Shown: positions 38,220-48,745, counted from the stretch's first letter. The stretch is 64,000 nucleotides of DNA from Candidatus Krumholzibacteriota bacterium (GCA_963806035.1 CAWDWO010000026.1:128001-192000); one strand, 5' to 3'. The notes: generated from the letters alone by a model not told the origin. Program-made: numbers and translations.

Positions 38220-40154
38220 TCAACTCTCGTGATTCTGCGAACGCCGATGGTGCCCGAGGTCGATCCAGCGCTCGTCCAGGATGAGCCGATTGCGAATTTC
38301 GCCGGCGATCGAGGGAGCGTGCAGGCCGCACTGTTCGTGCAGCTTGTTGGGCGGCCCGTGCTGCTGGAAGCGGTCGGGTAGACCGAAACGCAGCACGCGC
38401 GGAGGATGCTTGAGATTCTCGTGGAACAACTCGAGCACCGCCGAGCCGAATCCGCCGGACAGGGTATTCTCCTCGATCGTCACCACCAATTGATGCGTCG
38501 AGGAGAGCTCCAGGAGCAATTCCTCGTCGAGGGGCTTCACGAAGCGCGCATTCACCACGGTGGAACTGATCTGCGACTCCTGAAGGATCTCGGCGGTCTC
38601 GCTGGCCAGCTGCACGCCGAAGCCGATCCCGATGAGGAGGACCTCCTCCCCTTTGCGCAGCACCTCGCCCTTTCCGATCGGCAGCGGCTTGTAGTCCTTT
38701 TCGAGTTTGACTCCCAAGCCCGCGCCCCTCGGGAAACGCACCGCGATCGGTCCCGCGTCGTAGGCGAGGCCGGTCGCGATCATCCGCTGCAGCTCGTTCT
38801 CGTCCTTGGGTGACATGATCACCATGTTTGGTACCGCGCGCAGGTACGAGAGATCGAAGGCGCCGTGGTGTGTGGGTCCGTCCGCCCCCACCAACCCGGC
38901 CCGGTCCAGGGCGAAGAAGACATTCAACTTTTGCAGGGCGACGTCGTGGATGACCTGGTCATAGGCGCGCTGCAGAAAGGTGGAGTAGATCGCGCACACC
39001 GGCTTCATCTGGCGGCAGGCTAGGCCGGCGGCGAAGGTCACCGCATGCTGTTCGGCGATCCCCACGTCGAAAAAGCGGTCCGGGTATTCGTGGGCAAAGG
39101 CTTTCAATCCCGTCCCCTCGGGCATCGCGGCCGTGATCGCGACCACCCGCCGGTCGTCCCTGGCCAGTTCCACCAGAGCGTTCCCGAAGACCGAGGTGTA
39201 CTTCGGTGCGCCCTTGGACTTGGGTGCGGCGGTGACTCCCTCCTTGGGATCGAAACGCGAGACGCCGTGGTATTTGGCCGCGTCCTTCTCGGCGAAGGAA
39301 TAGCCCTTCCCCTTGCAGGTGATGACGTGGAGCAGCGTGGGCCCCTTCAGATTCTTGACCTGCTCAAAGGTGGTGACGAGCAGGTCGATGTCGTGGCCAT
39401 CCAGCGGGCCGAAGTAACGGAAGCCGAGCGACTCGAAGAGTTGTCCGGGGACCATCAGTGTCTTGAGCGCCTCTTTGACTCTGCCCGCCATGTCCTGCGC
39501 TTTGGTGCCCTTGGGCAGCCTGCCCAAAAGCTTGAAGATCTCGGCCTCCATCGCGGTGTACACCCGACCGGAGGTGATCTGGGTCAGGTAGCGGCTCATC
39601 GCGCCCACATTGCGCGAAATCGACATCTCGTTGTCGTTCAGGATGACGATGAGATCGCTGTCGAGCTGGCCGGCGTTGTTCATCCCCTCGTAGGCGATGC
39701 CGCCGGTGAGTGCGCCGTCTCCCACCACTGCGATGACGTGGTGGCGTTCCCGGCGCAGATCGCGCGCCTTGCAGTAGCCCAGAGCGGCGGAAATGGCGGT
39801 GGAGGCGTGGCCCACGCCGAAGGTGTCGTGTTCGCTCTCACTGCGCTTGGGGAATCCCGAGATCCCCCCGTATTGCCGAATGGTCGAGAACTGTTCGCGG
39901 CGTCCCGTGAGCAGCTTGTGCCCATAGGCCTGATGTCCCACGTCCCACACGATCTTGTCGCGCGGCGAATCGAAGGCGTGGTGCAGCGCAACCGTGAGTT
40001 CGGCCACCCCGAGGCTCGCTCCCAGGTGTCCTCCGATCTCGCTCACCACGCGCAGAATCTCCGCGCGCAACTCGTCCGCGAGCTGACGCAGTTCCTCGGG
40101 GCTCAGGCCCGAGACCTGATCCGGGGATTCGATTCCGGGCAGAATTGGAGCCAT
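38220..40154 (-). CDS. dxs: 1-deoxy-D-xylulose-5-phosphate synthase
   Basis: WDVGHQ, GDGALTGG, IAEQHA and DRAGLVGADG motifs. Confidence 0.98.
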   Translation of the reverse strand: MAPILPGIESPDQVSGLSPEELRQLADELRAEILRVVSEIGGHLGASLGVAELTVALHHAFDSPRDKIVWDVGHQAYGHKLLTGRREQFSTIRQYGGISGFPKRSESEHDTFGVGHASTAISAALGYCKARDLRRERHHVIAVVGDGALTGGIAYEGMNNAGQLDSDLIVILNDNEMSISRNVGAMSRYLTQITSGRVYTAMEAEIFKLLGRLPKGTKAQDMAGRVKEALKTLMVPGQLFESLGFRYFGPLDGHDIDLLVTTFEQVKNLKGPTLLHVITCKGKGYSFAEKDAAKYHGVSRFDPKEGVTAAPKSKGAPKYTSVFGNALVELARDDRRVVAITAAMPEGTGLKAFAHEYPDRFFDVGIAEQHAVTFAAGLACRQMKPVCAIYSTFLQRAYDQVIHDVALQKLNVFFALDRAGLVGADGPTHHGAFDLSYLRAVPNMVIMSPKDENELQRMIATGLAYDAGPIAVRFPRGAGLGVKLEKDYKPLPIGKGEVLRKGEEVLLIGIGFGVQLASETAEILQESQISSTVVNARFVKPLDEELLLELSSTHQLVVTIEENTLSGGFGSAVLELFHENLKHPPRVLRFGLPDRFQQHGPPNKLHEQCGLHAPSIAGEIRNRLILDERWIDLGHHRRSQNHES

Positions 40155-40248
40155 GGATTCCTTTTCCTCCTCGTCCTTGAAGGCGGGCCCTCTCCGGCCG
40201 CGCTTCTGCAGTCTATCCCAGCCCTTGGAAACCGCCAAGGGACGAGCT

Positions 40249-40719
40249 TCAGGGCAAATAGTAGTAGGCCAGCCCCAGGACAATCCCCAGGACCACTCCC
40301 GCCAGGACATGGGCGGGCCGGTGGTTGTAGGAACTCCCCAGCAAGAGCTCCTGGAAGGAGAAGGGGCGCGCGAGACGCCCCTGGAGGCGCTGCGCGACCG
40401 CGAAGGCGAGAGTTCTCCCCTCCTCGACCCGGCCCTTCACCCTCATCGCGTCATGAAGAATGATAGCGCCATAGATCAGAACGGCATTGTAGGCCGGGTC
40501 CTGGCCCCCTCGCGCGCACCAGATGAGGGTCGCAAGGCAGGCGAACACGACCGCGTGCAGGCTGGGAAAACCGTTGGAGGACACCAGAATCTTCAAGTTC
40601 TTCTGCCGCTGAAGCGCCCAATACAGAACGAACTTCAGGATCTGGACCGCCAGCGCGGCCAGGATCACGAAAGCCCAAATGGGCAGGATCGCGCCGGAAG
40701 TGCCTTCCTCAGCGAGCAC
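40249..40719 (-). CDS. Divergent PAP2 family protein (DUF212)
   Basis: QILK, GFPSLH, DAMRV and H-x-P-x-x-VLAG patterns; sits between ispA and dxs. Confidence 0.75.
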   Translation of the reverse strand: MLAEEGTSGAILPIWAFVILAALAVQILKFVLYWALQRQKNLKILVSSNGFPSLHAVVFACLATLIWCARGGQDPAYNAVLIYGAIILHDAMRVKGRVEEGRTLAFAVAQRLQGRLARPFSFQELLLGSSYNHRPAHVLAGVVLGIVLGLAYYYLP

Positions 40720-41599
40720 GATGCACCAGGGAATCGCAGAGCCAGTTCAGCTCGGGCGACCAGAGGGAAAGTTCCTGCAGCTGAGAAGTGGATTGGGCCA
40801 GAAAGTCGCGCGCCAGCTCTTCGCTCCTCTGCTTGCCGTGCGCTCGGAGAATGGTCAGCTTGCCCTGCTTCTGATCCTTGCCGGGACTCTTGCCCAGCTC
40901 CTGCGCGCTGGCGGTTTCGTCCAGGATGTCGTCGACGATCTGAAACGCGATCCCCAGCCGCACCCCGGCCTCCTCCGCTCCATCCACTACCGCCGGCTCC
41001 GCCTGGGCGCAGAGAGCCCCCAGAGCGAAACTGGCCCCGATCAGCGCGCCCGTCTTGAGACGATGAATGGTCTCCACCTCGGGACCTCCGGTCTGCTCGG
41101 CCGCCATGAGGTCCCACTGCTGTCCGCTGGCCATTCCCTGCACTCCCGCGCTGCGCGCCAAGCGCAGCACACAGGCGCTGGCGAGGGCGGGCGGTGCGAT
41201 CTCCGCCAGGAGCTCGAAGGCCAGCGTCTGCAGCGCGTCGCCGGCGAGAATGGCCGTCGCTTCGTCGAAACTGCGATGACAGGAGAGCTGTCCGCGACGC
41301 AGGTCGTCGTCGTCCATCGCGGGAAGATCGTCGTGGATCAGGCTGTAGGTATGGAGCATTTCCAAGGCGATGGCGGCGTTCCAAATCGCGGGAGTACGCT
41401 GCGGCGAGCCGCCGGCCGCATCGTGGACCCACAGCGCCAAGAGAGGGCGCAGGCGCTTCCCCCCGCCCATCAAGCTGTACTCCATCGCCTCCAGCAGCCG
41501 TGGGGCCGCGCCCTCGCGCGCGCGCAGAGCCCGCCCCGCGCGACGGGTCAGCTCCTCGGCGTCGCTCCTCATCCTGTCCTGCGGGGTCACTTCCGTCAT
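40709..41599 (-). CDS. ispA: Farnesyl diphosphate synthase
   Basis: GGKRLRP, HDDLPAMDDDDLRRG, KTG and FQIVDDILD motifs. Confidence 0.92.
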   Translation of the reverse strand: MTEVTPQDRMRSDAEELTRRAGRALRAREGAAPRLLEAMEYSLMGGGKRLRPLLALWVHDAAGGSPQRTPAIWNAAIALEMLHTYSLIHDDLPAMDDDDLRRGQLSCHRSFDEATAILAGDALQTLAFELLAEIAPPALASACVLRLARSAGVQGMASGQQWDLMAAEQTGGPEVETIHRLKTGALIGASFALGALCAQAEPAVVDGAEEAGVRLGIAFQIVDDILDETASAQELGKSPGKDQKQGKLTILRAHGKQRSEELARDFLAQSTSQLQELSLWSPELNWLCDSLVHRAR

Positions 41600-42483
41600 T
41601 GGCTCGAAGTCCCCGTCCTTCGACCGTGGGAGAGCACCGTGTTGGAGAGAAGCATGGCGATGGTCATCGGGCCCACTCCTCCGGGAACCGGAGAGATCCA
41701 CGAGGCGAGCTCGGCCACGCCGGGATCGACGTCGCCCATCAAGCGCGTCCCCTTGGGCGCGTCGGCGTCGGGCACGCGGTGCATGCCGACGTCGAGTACG
41801 GCCGCGCCCTCTTTCACGTGTTCGGCCCGCAGCAATCCCGGGGTTCCCGCCGCGGCGACGATGATGTCGGCCTGTCTGCCCAGCTCGGCGAGACCATGAC
41901 TTCTGGAATGGTAGATCGTGACCGTCGCGTCCACGCCCTTCTGCGATAGCAAGGCGGCCATGGGGCGTCCCACGATCAACGAGCGGCCGATGACCAGCGC
42001 GCGCTTCCCCGCCACTTCGATTCCGTGTTCTTTGAGCAGGGCCATGCATCCCGCCGGAGTGCAGGGGACGAACCGCGCCTGACCGCTGGCCAAAAGACCC
42101 ACGTTCTCCGGGTGCAGTCCGTCCACGTCCTTCTGCGGATCGATCCAGGAGCGCACTTGTGCCGGATCGATGGCCTCGGGCAAAGGAAGTTGAACGAGGA
42201 GGCCGTCGACTGCATCGTCAGCGTTGACTCTCTCGACCGCCGCACGGAGCTCGCGCGCACTGGTGCTCGCCGGCAGGCGTTCGACTCCGCCCACGATTCC
42301 CATTTTCGCGGCGGCCTTTTCCTTGTTGCGCACGTAGATCGCGCTGGCCGGATCCTCCCCCACCAGGATCACTTTGAGTCCCGGAGGCCGGACTCCCTGA
42401 TCGATGCGGCGCGCCACTTCTTGCGCGAGCTCTCCGCGGATCTTCAGGGCCAGAGCCTTACCATCCAGGATGCGGGCACTCAT
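41596..42483 (-). CDS. folD: Methylene-THF dehydrogenase/cyclohydrolase
   Basis: KDVDGLH, PCTP, GRSLIVG and PVPGGVGPMT motifs. Confidence 0.97.
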   Translation of the reverse strand: MSARILDGKALALKIRGELAQEVARRIDQGVRPPGLKVILVGEDPASAIYVRNKEKAAAKMGIVGGVERLPASTSARELRAAVERVNADDAVDGLLVQLPLPEAIDPAQVRSWIDPQKDVDGLHPENVGLLASGQARFVPCTPAGCMALLKEHGIEVAGKRALVIGRSLIVGRPMAALLSQKGVDATVTIYHSRSHGLAELGRQADIIVAAAGTPGLLRAEHVKEGAAVLDVGMHRVPDADAPKGTRLMGDVDPGVAELASWISPVPGGVGPMTIAMLLSNTVLSHGRRTGTSSQ

Positions 42484-43274
42484 GCTTCCTCCACGTCGAC
42501 GAGACGTTCGTGAACTCTCTGTACGAAACGGGCCTTCCCGCTCTCCTCGTCCAGATCGACGATGAGTCCGCTCAGACGGGGGTCGCCACTGGCGACTTCG
42601 AAGCGGTGCGGAAGCCCGCTCACGAACTTGGCCAGAACGTTCTCCCGATCCATGCCGATCACCGAATCGTAAGGACCGGTCATTCCCAGATCGGAGACAA
42701 AAGCGGTTCCCTCGGGGAGAATGCACTCGTCGGCCGTCGGCACGTGGGTGTGGGTGCCCACCACCGCGGAGACGCGACCGTCGGCGTAGAGCGCCATGGC
42801 CTTCTTCTCGCTGGTGGCCTCTCCGTGAAAGTCGAGCAGGAAGATATCCGCCGAAGAACGCAATTCCTCCAGGAGAGAATCGAGGGCCCTGAATGGACAG
42901 TCCAAAGGCGGCATGAAAACGCGGCCCTGCAGGCTCAGCACAGCGACCCGGGTGCCCGCGACTTCGGTGAGATGATAACGGCGTCCCGGAGTTCCCTCGG
43001 GATAGTTCGCCGGGCGCACCAGGCGCTCCTCCGCCTCGAGGTACGCTTCGCTTCCCCTGCGATCCCAGAGGTGGTTGCCTCCGGTCATGACGTCGACCCC
43101 GGACTCGAGAATCTCGCGCCCGACTTTTTCGTTGAGACCGAATCCCGAAGCGGCGTTCTCGACGTTTGCCACCACGAGCTGAGGCGCGTAGGAGTTCTTG
43201 ACCCCCGGCAAGAGACGTCGCAGAGCCTTCCGGCCGGGACGCCCCACGATGTCTCCGATGAAAAAGATGCGCAT
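42480..43274 (-). CDS. ymdB: TIGR00282 (YmdB) metallophosphoesterase
   Basis: GDIVG, GNH, RPAN, EATSEK and GTHTH motifs. Confidence 0.93.
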   Translation of the reverse strand: MRIFFIGDIVGRPGRKALRRLLPGVKNSYAPQLVVANVENAASGFGLNEKVGREILESGVDVMTGGNHLWDRRGSEAYLEAEERLVRPANYPEGTPGRRYHLTEVAGTRVAVLSLQGRVFMPPLDCPFRALDSLLEELRSSADIFLLDFHGEATSEKKAMALYADGRVSAVVGTHTHVPTADECILPEGTAFVSDLGMTGPYDSVIGMDRENVLAKFVSGLPHRFEVASGDPRLSGLIVDLDEESGKARFVQRVHERLVDVEEA

Positions 43275-43297
43275 GAAGTCACTCTCGAAGGGTGAAT

Positions 43298-43482
43298 GGA
43301 GTAGGCCCGCAAGGCCGTGTGCACGGGACCCTTTGAACCATTCGGTTCAAGTGGAGTCCCTGCCACGAGCCTCGGCCTTTCCTTTCGCAAGACTTGGCCT
43401 CGGGATCATGAACTGCGGAACTCCGTGGTCTACTTGTTGGCTCAAAAACGTCGGTGCATCACAAACACCGCAGGGATACTCC
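43298..43482 (-). ncRNA. ssrS: 6S RNA
   Basis: About 185 nt after zapA; ends pair (GGAGTA..GCGGTGT with ACACGG..TACTCC); TTGAGCC and TTGAACC...GGTTCAA elements. Confidence 0.85.
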
Positions 43483-43499
43483 AATCGTCAAAGAAAGCC

Positions 43500-43787
43500 T
43501 CAGCCGGGGATCTTCTCCAGGCTTTTCAGCAGCTTCTGTGCGCGTTTGCGCAGCTCTTTGTGAGTGCGCTGGCGGCCTTCCCTCTCCTGGAAGAGCTCGT
43601 CGGCGATGTTCAAGGAGGCGAGGATTGCCACCCGCAAGGAGGTGATCTGGCTCGTCGAGGAAGCAACCTCGTTCATGCGCTCGTCCACGTACTTGGCGAT
43701 TTCGCGCACGTAAGCCGCATCATCTCCGCCACGGACACTGTAATCCTGGCCGAAGATCGTGACCGTGGTCACACCAGGCTCCATCAC
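43500..43787 (-). CDS. zapA: Cell division protein ZapA
   Basis: VTIFGQDY, YVDERM and ASLNIADEL motifs. Confidence 0.93.
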   Translation of the reverse strand: MMEPGVTTVTIFGQDYSVRGGDDAAYVREIAKYVDERMNEVASSTSQITSLRVAILASLNIADELFQEREGRQRTHKELRKRAQKLLKSLEKIPG

Positions 43788-43864
43788 TGCCTCCCCCTCT
43801 GAGGTCTGTAGCTACTTCGTCGCGCGTACCGCCGGCTGCGGTCCTCTCGTCCACGAGTACTTCT

Positions 43865-43894
43865 AGCTTAATCCGGCGGCCTGCCTCACGGCAA
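43865..43894 (-). promoter_or_regulatory. Putative σ70 promoter of zapA-ssrS
   Basis: TTGCCG-N18-TAAGCT on -. Confidence 0.4.
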
Positions 43895-43900
43895 GCGCGC

Positions 43901-46324
43901 TCATTCCGCTCTCAACTTGACTCTCAGCTCCAACTCCATTCTCTTCAGCATCTTGCCGAGAAGCTGGTCGACGCGCTTGTCCTTGAGCGTCCCCTTGATG
44001 CTGCGAAGCACCAGGCGCACCCCCAGCGCGCGCTCGGCCGAGCCGATTCCCTCGCCCTCGTAGAGGTCGAAGACGTCCAGGCTCTCCAGCAGCTCGCCGC
44101 CTTCCTCTCTGAGGAGTGCGGCGATGGCGCCGTAGGCAACCCCCTTGGGCACCAAAAGACTCAGGTCGCGCCGTACCGGCGGATAGATGGGGACCGGCTG
44201 GTAGCTCCTCCCCTGCGGCAGGGCCTCCTTCAGAGCGCTGAGCGAGAGCCTGGCGTGCAACACCGGTCCCTCCAGATCGAAGGCTTTGAGTACTTTCGGG
44301 TGCAGGAGCCCCATGCGGCCGAGTTCCCGGGAACCGTCGGATACCACTGCCCCACTGCCCGGCGCGTAAAAGCTCTCGTCCTGGCCCGGGGCGCAGTGCG
44401 GACGAATCCCCAGGCTCTCCAGCGCGAGTTCGATCTCTCCGCGGGCGTCGAAGAGATCCACGGGACGCGGCTCGCGCGAAAAATGCGCGGTTTCAGCCGG
44501 ACCGGCCCATACCATCACCACCGCCTCTGGCTCTTGCGGCAATGCCTCGTCCTGCTGCTTGAGAAAGCAACGATCCAGCTGGAAGAAGCGGATGGGGCCG
44601 CTGAATGCCCGACGGCGATTGCGGTCCACGAAACGCAGCATCTCGGGCAGCGAGCTCGTCTTCATCAGACCCTCGCCGGCCACCAGGGGATTCAAAACTT
44701 CCACCGCGCTGCGACGGGGATCGTCCTCGCCGAGACGGAGACGGTCCGGGTCCTTCGACTCCATGAAGGAAGATCCAGCAACTTCGTGAAAACCGACGGC
44801 CGAGAAATGCTGGCGCAGTTGGCTCCTGAGCATCTCCGCTTTCTCACGGCGCGCGGGACGCAGCATGGGGGCGCGATCGCGCACCGGAATGTTGTCGTAG
44901 CCGTAGAGCCGCGCGATTTCCTCGATCGCATCGACCTCCTCCAGGAGATCGCGTCGGAAGCTGGGCGCCTTCACCCACACTCCGCTCTCGCCCTCCTCCT
45001 CGCCTTCCTGGGCGGAGATCTGCAGGCGGTCCAGAATCTTCGTGATCTGCCCGGTCGAAAGCTCCACCCCCAAGAGACGCCGCACTTGTTTGGAGCGCAC
45101 GAAAAAGGAGGCGGGACTCGGGAGCGACTTGCCCAGAGCCTGGATCGCTCGCGAGCTCGCCGTCCCCCCGCAACACTGCGTGAGCAGTTGCACGAGCCGC
45201 GACTGAACCCAGGGAATCATTTCCTGATCGCAACCCCGCTCGAAGCGATAGGAGGCGTCTGTGTTCATTCCAAGATCCCGGCGCATGGCGCGCACCGTCT
45301 GCGGATCGAAGTTCGCAACCTCGAGCAAGAGATCGGTCGTATCGTCGGAAACTTCGGTGCGGTTGCCACCCATCAGTCCGGCCAGCGCGGCGGGGCCTTT
45401 TGCGTCCGCGATCACCAGATGAGAGGGCTCGAGGGCGCGCTTCTGCTCATCCAGGGTCACGCAGGTTTCGCCCTTCTTGGCGCGCCGGACGATGATTTCC
45501 TTTCCTTCGATTTTCTTCAGGTCGAAGGCGTGATTGGGCTGCCCACATTCGTGCAACAAATAGTTGCTGCAATCCACGACCGCGTTGATCGGCCGCTGCC
45601 CGATTGCCAAGAGCCTTCGCCTCATCCACTCGGGAGTTTTCGCCATCGCGAGTCCGTGAACGATACGCCCGGTATAGCGCGGGCAGGCGCCCTCGTCCTC
45701 GCAGCGCACGCGATAGCCTTCGTCCTCCAGGGCCAACTCGAGCTTCTCATCCACCTGCGGCAAGCGCAGTTCCTTGCCGTACTTCGCGGCCAGCTCGCGC
45801 GCCACCCCAATGTGACTCAACCAGTCGGGACGGTTGGGCGTGACCTCGATCTCCACACAGGTGTCCTTCCACCCGAAGATCTCGTCCACCGAAGTTCCGA
45901 TTGCGTGCGTTCCGTCCAGCTCCAGAATGCCGCTGTGACCCTCGCCCAATCCCAGTTCACGCTCGCTGCAAATCATTCCCAGCGAAACCTCGCCGCGGAT
46001 CTTGCTCTTCTTGATGGTCGTTCCGTCGGGCAAGGTGGCACCGGGAGTCGCGAAGGCGACCTTGAGGCCTTGACGCACGTTGGGGGCACCGCAGACCACC
46101 GGATACTCCGTGGCGCCGTCGCTGACCACGCAGACGCTCAATCGATCCGCGTTGGGATGGCGGCCGTGCTGCAACACGTGCCCCACCACGATTCCCGGGA
46201 AGCTCAGGCCTACCTCTTCCACCTGCTCGACTTCCAGGCCCAAAAGAGTCAGATCCTGGCAGATCGACTCGATCTCTCGTGGCAGATCCACGAGTTCACG
46301 CAACCACTCGATGGAGAGCTTCAC
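43901..46324 (-). CDS. pheT: Phenylalanine-tRNA ligase beta subunit
   Basis: HPNADRL, CGAPN, TPNRPD, RFERG and RDLSL motifs. Confidence 0.97.
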   Translation of the reverse strand: MKLSIEWLRELVDLPREIESICQDLTLLGLEVEQVEEVGLSFPGIVVGHVLQHGRHPNADRLSVCVVSDGATEYPVVCGAPNVRQGLKVAFATPGATLPDGTTIKKSKIRGEVSLGMICSERELGLGEGHSGILELDGTHAIGTSVDEIFGWKDTCVEIEVTPNRPDWLSHIGVARELAAKYGKELRLPQVDEKLELALEDEGYRVRCEDEGACPRYTGRIVHGLAMAKTPEWMRRRLLAIGQRPINAVVDCSNYLLHECGQPNHAFDLKKIEGKEIIVRRAKKGETCVTLDEQKRALEPSHLVIADAKGPAALAGLMGGNRTEVSDDTTDLLLEVANFDPQTVRAMRRDLGMNTDASYRFERGCDQEMIPWVQSRLVQLLTQCCGGTASSRAIQALGKSLPSPASFFVRSKQVRRLLGVELSTGQITKILDRLQISAQEGEEEGESGVWVKAPSFRRDLLEEVDAIEEIARLYGYDNIPVRDRAPMLRPARREKAEMLRSQLRQHFSAVGFHEVAGSSFMESKDPDRLRLGEDDPRRSAVEVLNPLVAGEGLMKTSSLPEMLRFVDRNRRRAFSGPIRFFQLDRCFLKQQDEALPQEPEAVVMVWAGPAETAHFSREPRPVDLFDARGEIELALESLGIRPHCAPGQDESFYAPGSGAVVSDGSRELGRMGLLHPKVLKAFDLEGPVLHARLSLSALKEALPQGRSYQPVPIYPPVRRDLSLLVPKGVAYGAIAALLREEGGELLESLDVFDLYEGEGIGSAERALGVRLVLRSIKGTLKDKRVDQLLGKMLKRMELELRVKLRAE

Positions 46325-46339
46325 GATCGACTCCTCGAC

Positions 46340-47335
46340 TCAGGACGGAAACTGCGAAAGAAAGCGAATGTCGTTCTCGTAGAGCAGCCGAATGTCGGGA
46401 ATGTCCGCATTCACCATGGCCAGACGATCAATGCCCATTCCGAAGGCAAAGCCCGTGTATTCATCGGGCGAATAGCCGCAGTTCTGAAACACGTGCGGAT
46501 GCACCATGCCCGCGCCCATGATCTCGAGCCACTGCCCCTTGCCGCCACTCTCCCACCACAGATCGACTTCCACGCTGGGCTCGGTGAAGGGAAAGAAGTG
46601 CGGACGAAAACGCAGACGGGGATTTTCTTCCTCGCGGAAGGCCTTGACGAAGGCGTAGACCGTGGCCTTCAGATCGGCCATGGAGACGCCCTTGTCCACG
46701 AAGAGTCCCTCGATTTGGTAGAACTCCGCGGCATGACTCGCGTCGGGCTGCTCCTGCCGGTAGACGCGTCCCGGAGCGAGGATCGCGATGGGAGGCGTGT
46801 GGGCCCGCATGTAGCGCACCTGTACCGGAGAGGTCTGTGTCCGCAGCACCACTTCGTCGTTCACGTAAAAAGTGTCTTGCAGATCCCGGCTTGGATGGTC
46901 GTCGGGGAAGTTCAGGGCGGTGAAGTTGAGAGCATCCAGTTCCACGTCCGGTCCGTCCGCGCGGGAATACCCCATGCCGTGAAAGATGTCGCAGATCTTT
47001 TCGATGCTCTGTTGAAGGAGGTGGAGGCTGCCCGCGTGCGGTCTCCGCGCGGGCAAACTCAAATCGAAGCGCACCGTCTTGTCGTTACCCTTGGCGTCCA
47101 GCGCTTCGCGACGCTGGTTCAGGGCGAGGGTGAGTTCCTCTTTGGCCGCATTCAGGGCCTGTCCCACCTGGGGACGCTCCTCCGCCGGCACTTCCTTCAA
47201 TCCGCGAAGGAGCGAGGTCAAATCGCCCTTCCGTCCCAGGTAGCGAATCCTGGCTTCCTCCAGGCTCGCCGCGTCTTCCGCCGCGCGGATCGCCTTGGAA
47301 GCCTCGCTCAGAATCTCCTGGATTCTCTCCTGCAT
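46340..47335 (-). CDS. pheS: Phenylalanine-tRNA ligase alpha subunit
   Basis: LRTQTSPVQ, FPFTEPS and GFAFGMGIDR motifs. Confidence 0.97.
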   Translation of the reverse strand: MQERIQEILSEASKAIRAAEDAASLEEARIRYLGRKGDLTSLLRGLKEVPAEERPQVGQALNAAKEELTLALNQRREALDAKGNDKTVRFDLSLPARRPHAGSLHLLQQSIEKICDIFHGMGYSRADGPDVELDALNFTALNFPDDHPSRDLQDTFYVNDEVVLRTQTSPVQVRYMRAHTPPIAILAPGRVYRQEQPDASHAAEFYQIEGLFVDKGVSMADLKATVYAFVKAFREEENPRLRFRPHFFPFTEPSVEVDLWWESGGKGQWLEIMGAGMVHPHVFQNCGYSPDEYTGFAFGMGIDRLAMVNADIPDIRLLYENDIRFLSQFPS

Positions 47336-47416
47336 TCCATCCTCCCGGATCAAAGACCGCCCCGAAGCCAGCTGGGCCCGGGGCGGTGCGAATTTCTCCT
47401 CACAATGCCGCGACGA

Positions 47417-47770
47417 TCAGAGATGGGCCTTGGCGAGCTCGGCGATCTTCGCAAAGCTCTGCTCATCTTTCACCGCGAGATCCGCGAGAATTTTGCGGTC
47501 GATCTCCACTTTGGCCGCCTTGAGACCACAGATGAGACGACTGTAGTTGAGTCCATGAATCCTCGCAGCTGCGTTGATACGAGTGATCCAGAGACGGCGG
47601 AAATCCCGCTTCTTGTTGCGACGATCGCGGTAGGCGTAGGCCAGGGCGCGGTCGACGGTCTCCTGCGCGGTGCGATTCAGTTTGCTGCGTCCGCCGTAAT
47701 AGCCGCGCGCCCTCTGCAGGACCTTCTTGCGACGGGCGCGACTTGCGGGGTTGTTGGTTGCTCGTGACAT
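47417..47770 (-). CDS. rplT: 50S ribosomal protein L20
   Basis: [24 protein letters not shown]. Confidence 0.98.
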   Translation of the reverse strand: MSRATNNPASRARRKKVLQRARGYYGGRSKLNRTAQETVDRALAYAYRDRRNKKRDFRRLWITRINAAARIHGLNYSRLICGLKAAKVEIDRKILADLAVKDEQSFAKIAELAKAHL

Positions 47771-47800
47771 GGTCGAACCTTCCTCTTGAACTCCGTTGGC

Positions 47801-47998
47801 CTAGCCGCCCGCCAGCATCTTCTTGACCCGGCTTTCATCCACCGAGGCCACGAGCGTCAACTGGCGCAGATTGCGCTTTCTCTTGGTCGTCTTCTTCGTG
47901 AAAATGTGGCCATGGAAGGCCTTCTGCCGGCGTATCTTGCCGCTTCCGGTACGTCGAAACCGTTTCGCGGCAGCCCGGTTACTTTTCATCTTGGGCAT
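47801..47998 (-). CDS. rpmI: 50S ribosomal protein L35
   Basis: [14 protein letters not shown]. Confidence 0.97.
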   Translation of the reverse strand: MPKMKSNRAAAKRFRRTGSGKIRRQKAFHGHIFTKKTTKRKRNLRQLTLVASVDESRVKKMLAGG

Positions 47999-48062
47999 TT
48001 CGCCCTCCTGAGTCTGAAAGATCCTCACGCGAATGCACGGTGCCTCGCGCCTCTCGCCACGG

Positions 48063-48593
48063 CTATTTCTTGCTCGGTGGCATCAACATCAAAGAGAGGG
48101 TATTCCCTTCCATCTTGGGTGGATCGACCACGAGCGCCGCTTCGTCCAAGTCCTGAAGCAGTCGCGTGATCACCATCATCCCTCGCTCCTTGTGCGCCAT
48201 TTCCCGTCCGCGGTACTGCACGAGGACCTTCACCCTCTCCCCCGCGGCCAAGAACTCGAGAATGTGCTTCTTCTTGAAGTTGTAATCGTGCTCTTCCGTC
48301 TTGGGACGGAACTTGATCATCTTCACCTTTTGGCGCTGCTGCTTGGACTTGGCGTGCTTCTGTCGCTTGCTTTCTTCGTACTTGAAGCGCCCGTAGTCCA
48401 TGATCCGGCAAACGGGAGGACGCGCGGTGGGGGCAACTTCCACGAGGTCCAAGCCTCGGTCCTGCGCCAGCTCCAGAGCATCCCTGGTTTCCATGATCCC
48501 GAGCTGCTCCCCCTCTTCGTCGATCACGCGGATCTGCGGAATGCGGATCTGGTAATTGACTCGATTCTGGGGAGTCGATGACGAATTGGCGAT
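48063..48593 (-). CDS. infC: Translation initiation factor IF-3, ATC start
   Basis: [19 protein letters not shown] and DYGRFKYE motifs; in-frame ATC 7 nt after AGGAGG. Confidence 0.95.
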   Translation of the reverse strand: MANSSSTPQNRVNYQIRIPQIRVIDEEGEQLGIMETRDALELAQDRGLDLVEVAPTARPPVCRIMDYGRFKYEESKRQKHAKSKQQRQKVKMIKFRPKTEEHDYNFKKKHILEFLAAGERVKVLVQYRGREMAHKERGMMVITRLLQDLDEAALVVDPPKMEGNTLSLMLMPPSKK

Positions 48594-48631
48594 ATCGAGA
48601 CCTCCTTCGTCTCACTGGGCTCCTCTTACGA

Positions 48632-48745
48632 CAAAAGGAGCAAACCACATGGTCTGCTCCCTCACTCAGAGTGCCTCGGGAACCCGGTCAGATGACGGTG
48701 GCACGCTTGGCCTCCGCCGGGTGAGAAGCAGACCGCTTCTACTTG
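48632..48745 (-). ncRNA. L20 leader (infC-rpmI-rplT attenuator)
   Basis: AAGTAGAAGC-GGTCT-GCTTCTCACC opening hairpin; GGAGCAGACC/GGTTTGCTCC-TTTT terminator. Confidence 0.75.

Noticed and set aside
44255..47767. 1170-aa ORF on +
   Set aside because: Antisense shadow of pheT-pheS-rplT; no recognisable motifs, and expected from high-GC codon bias.
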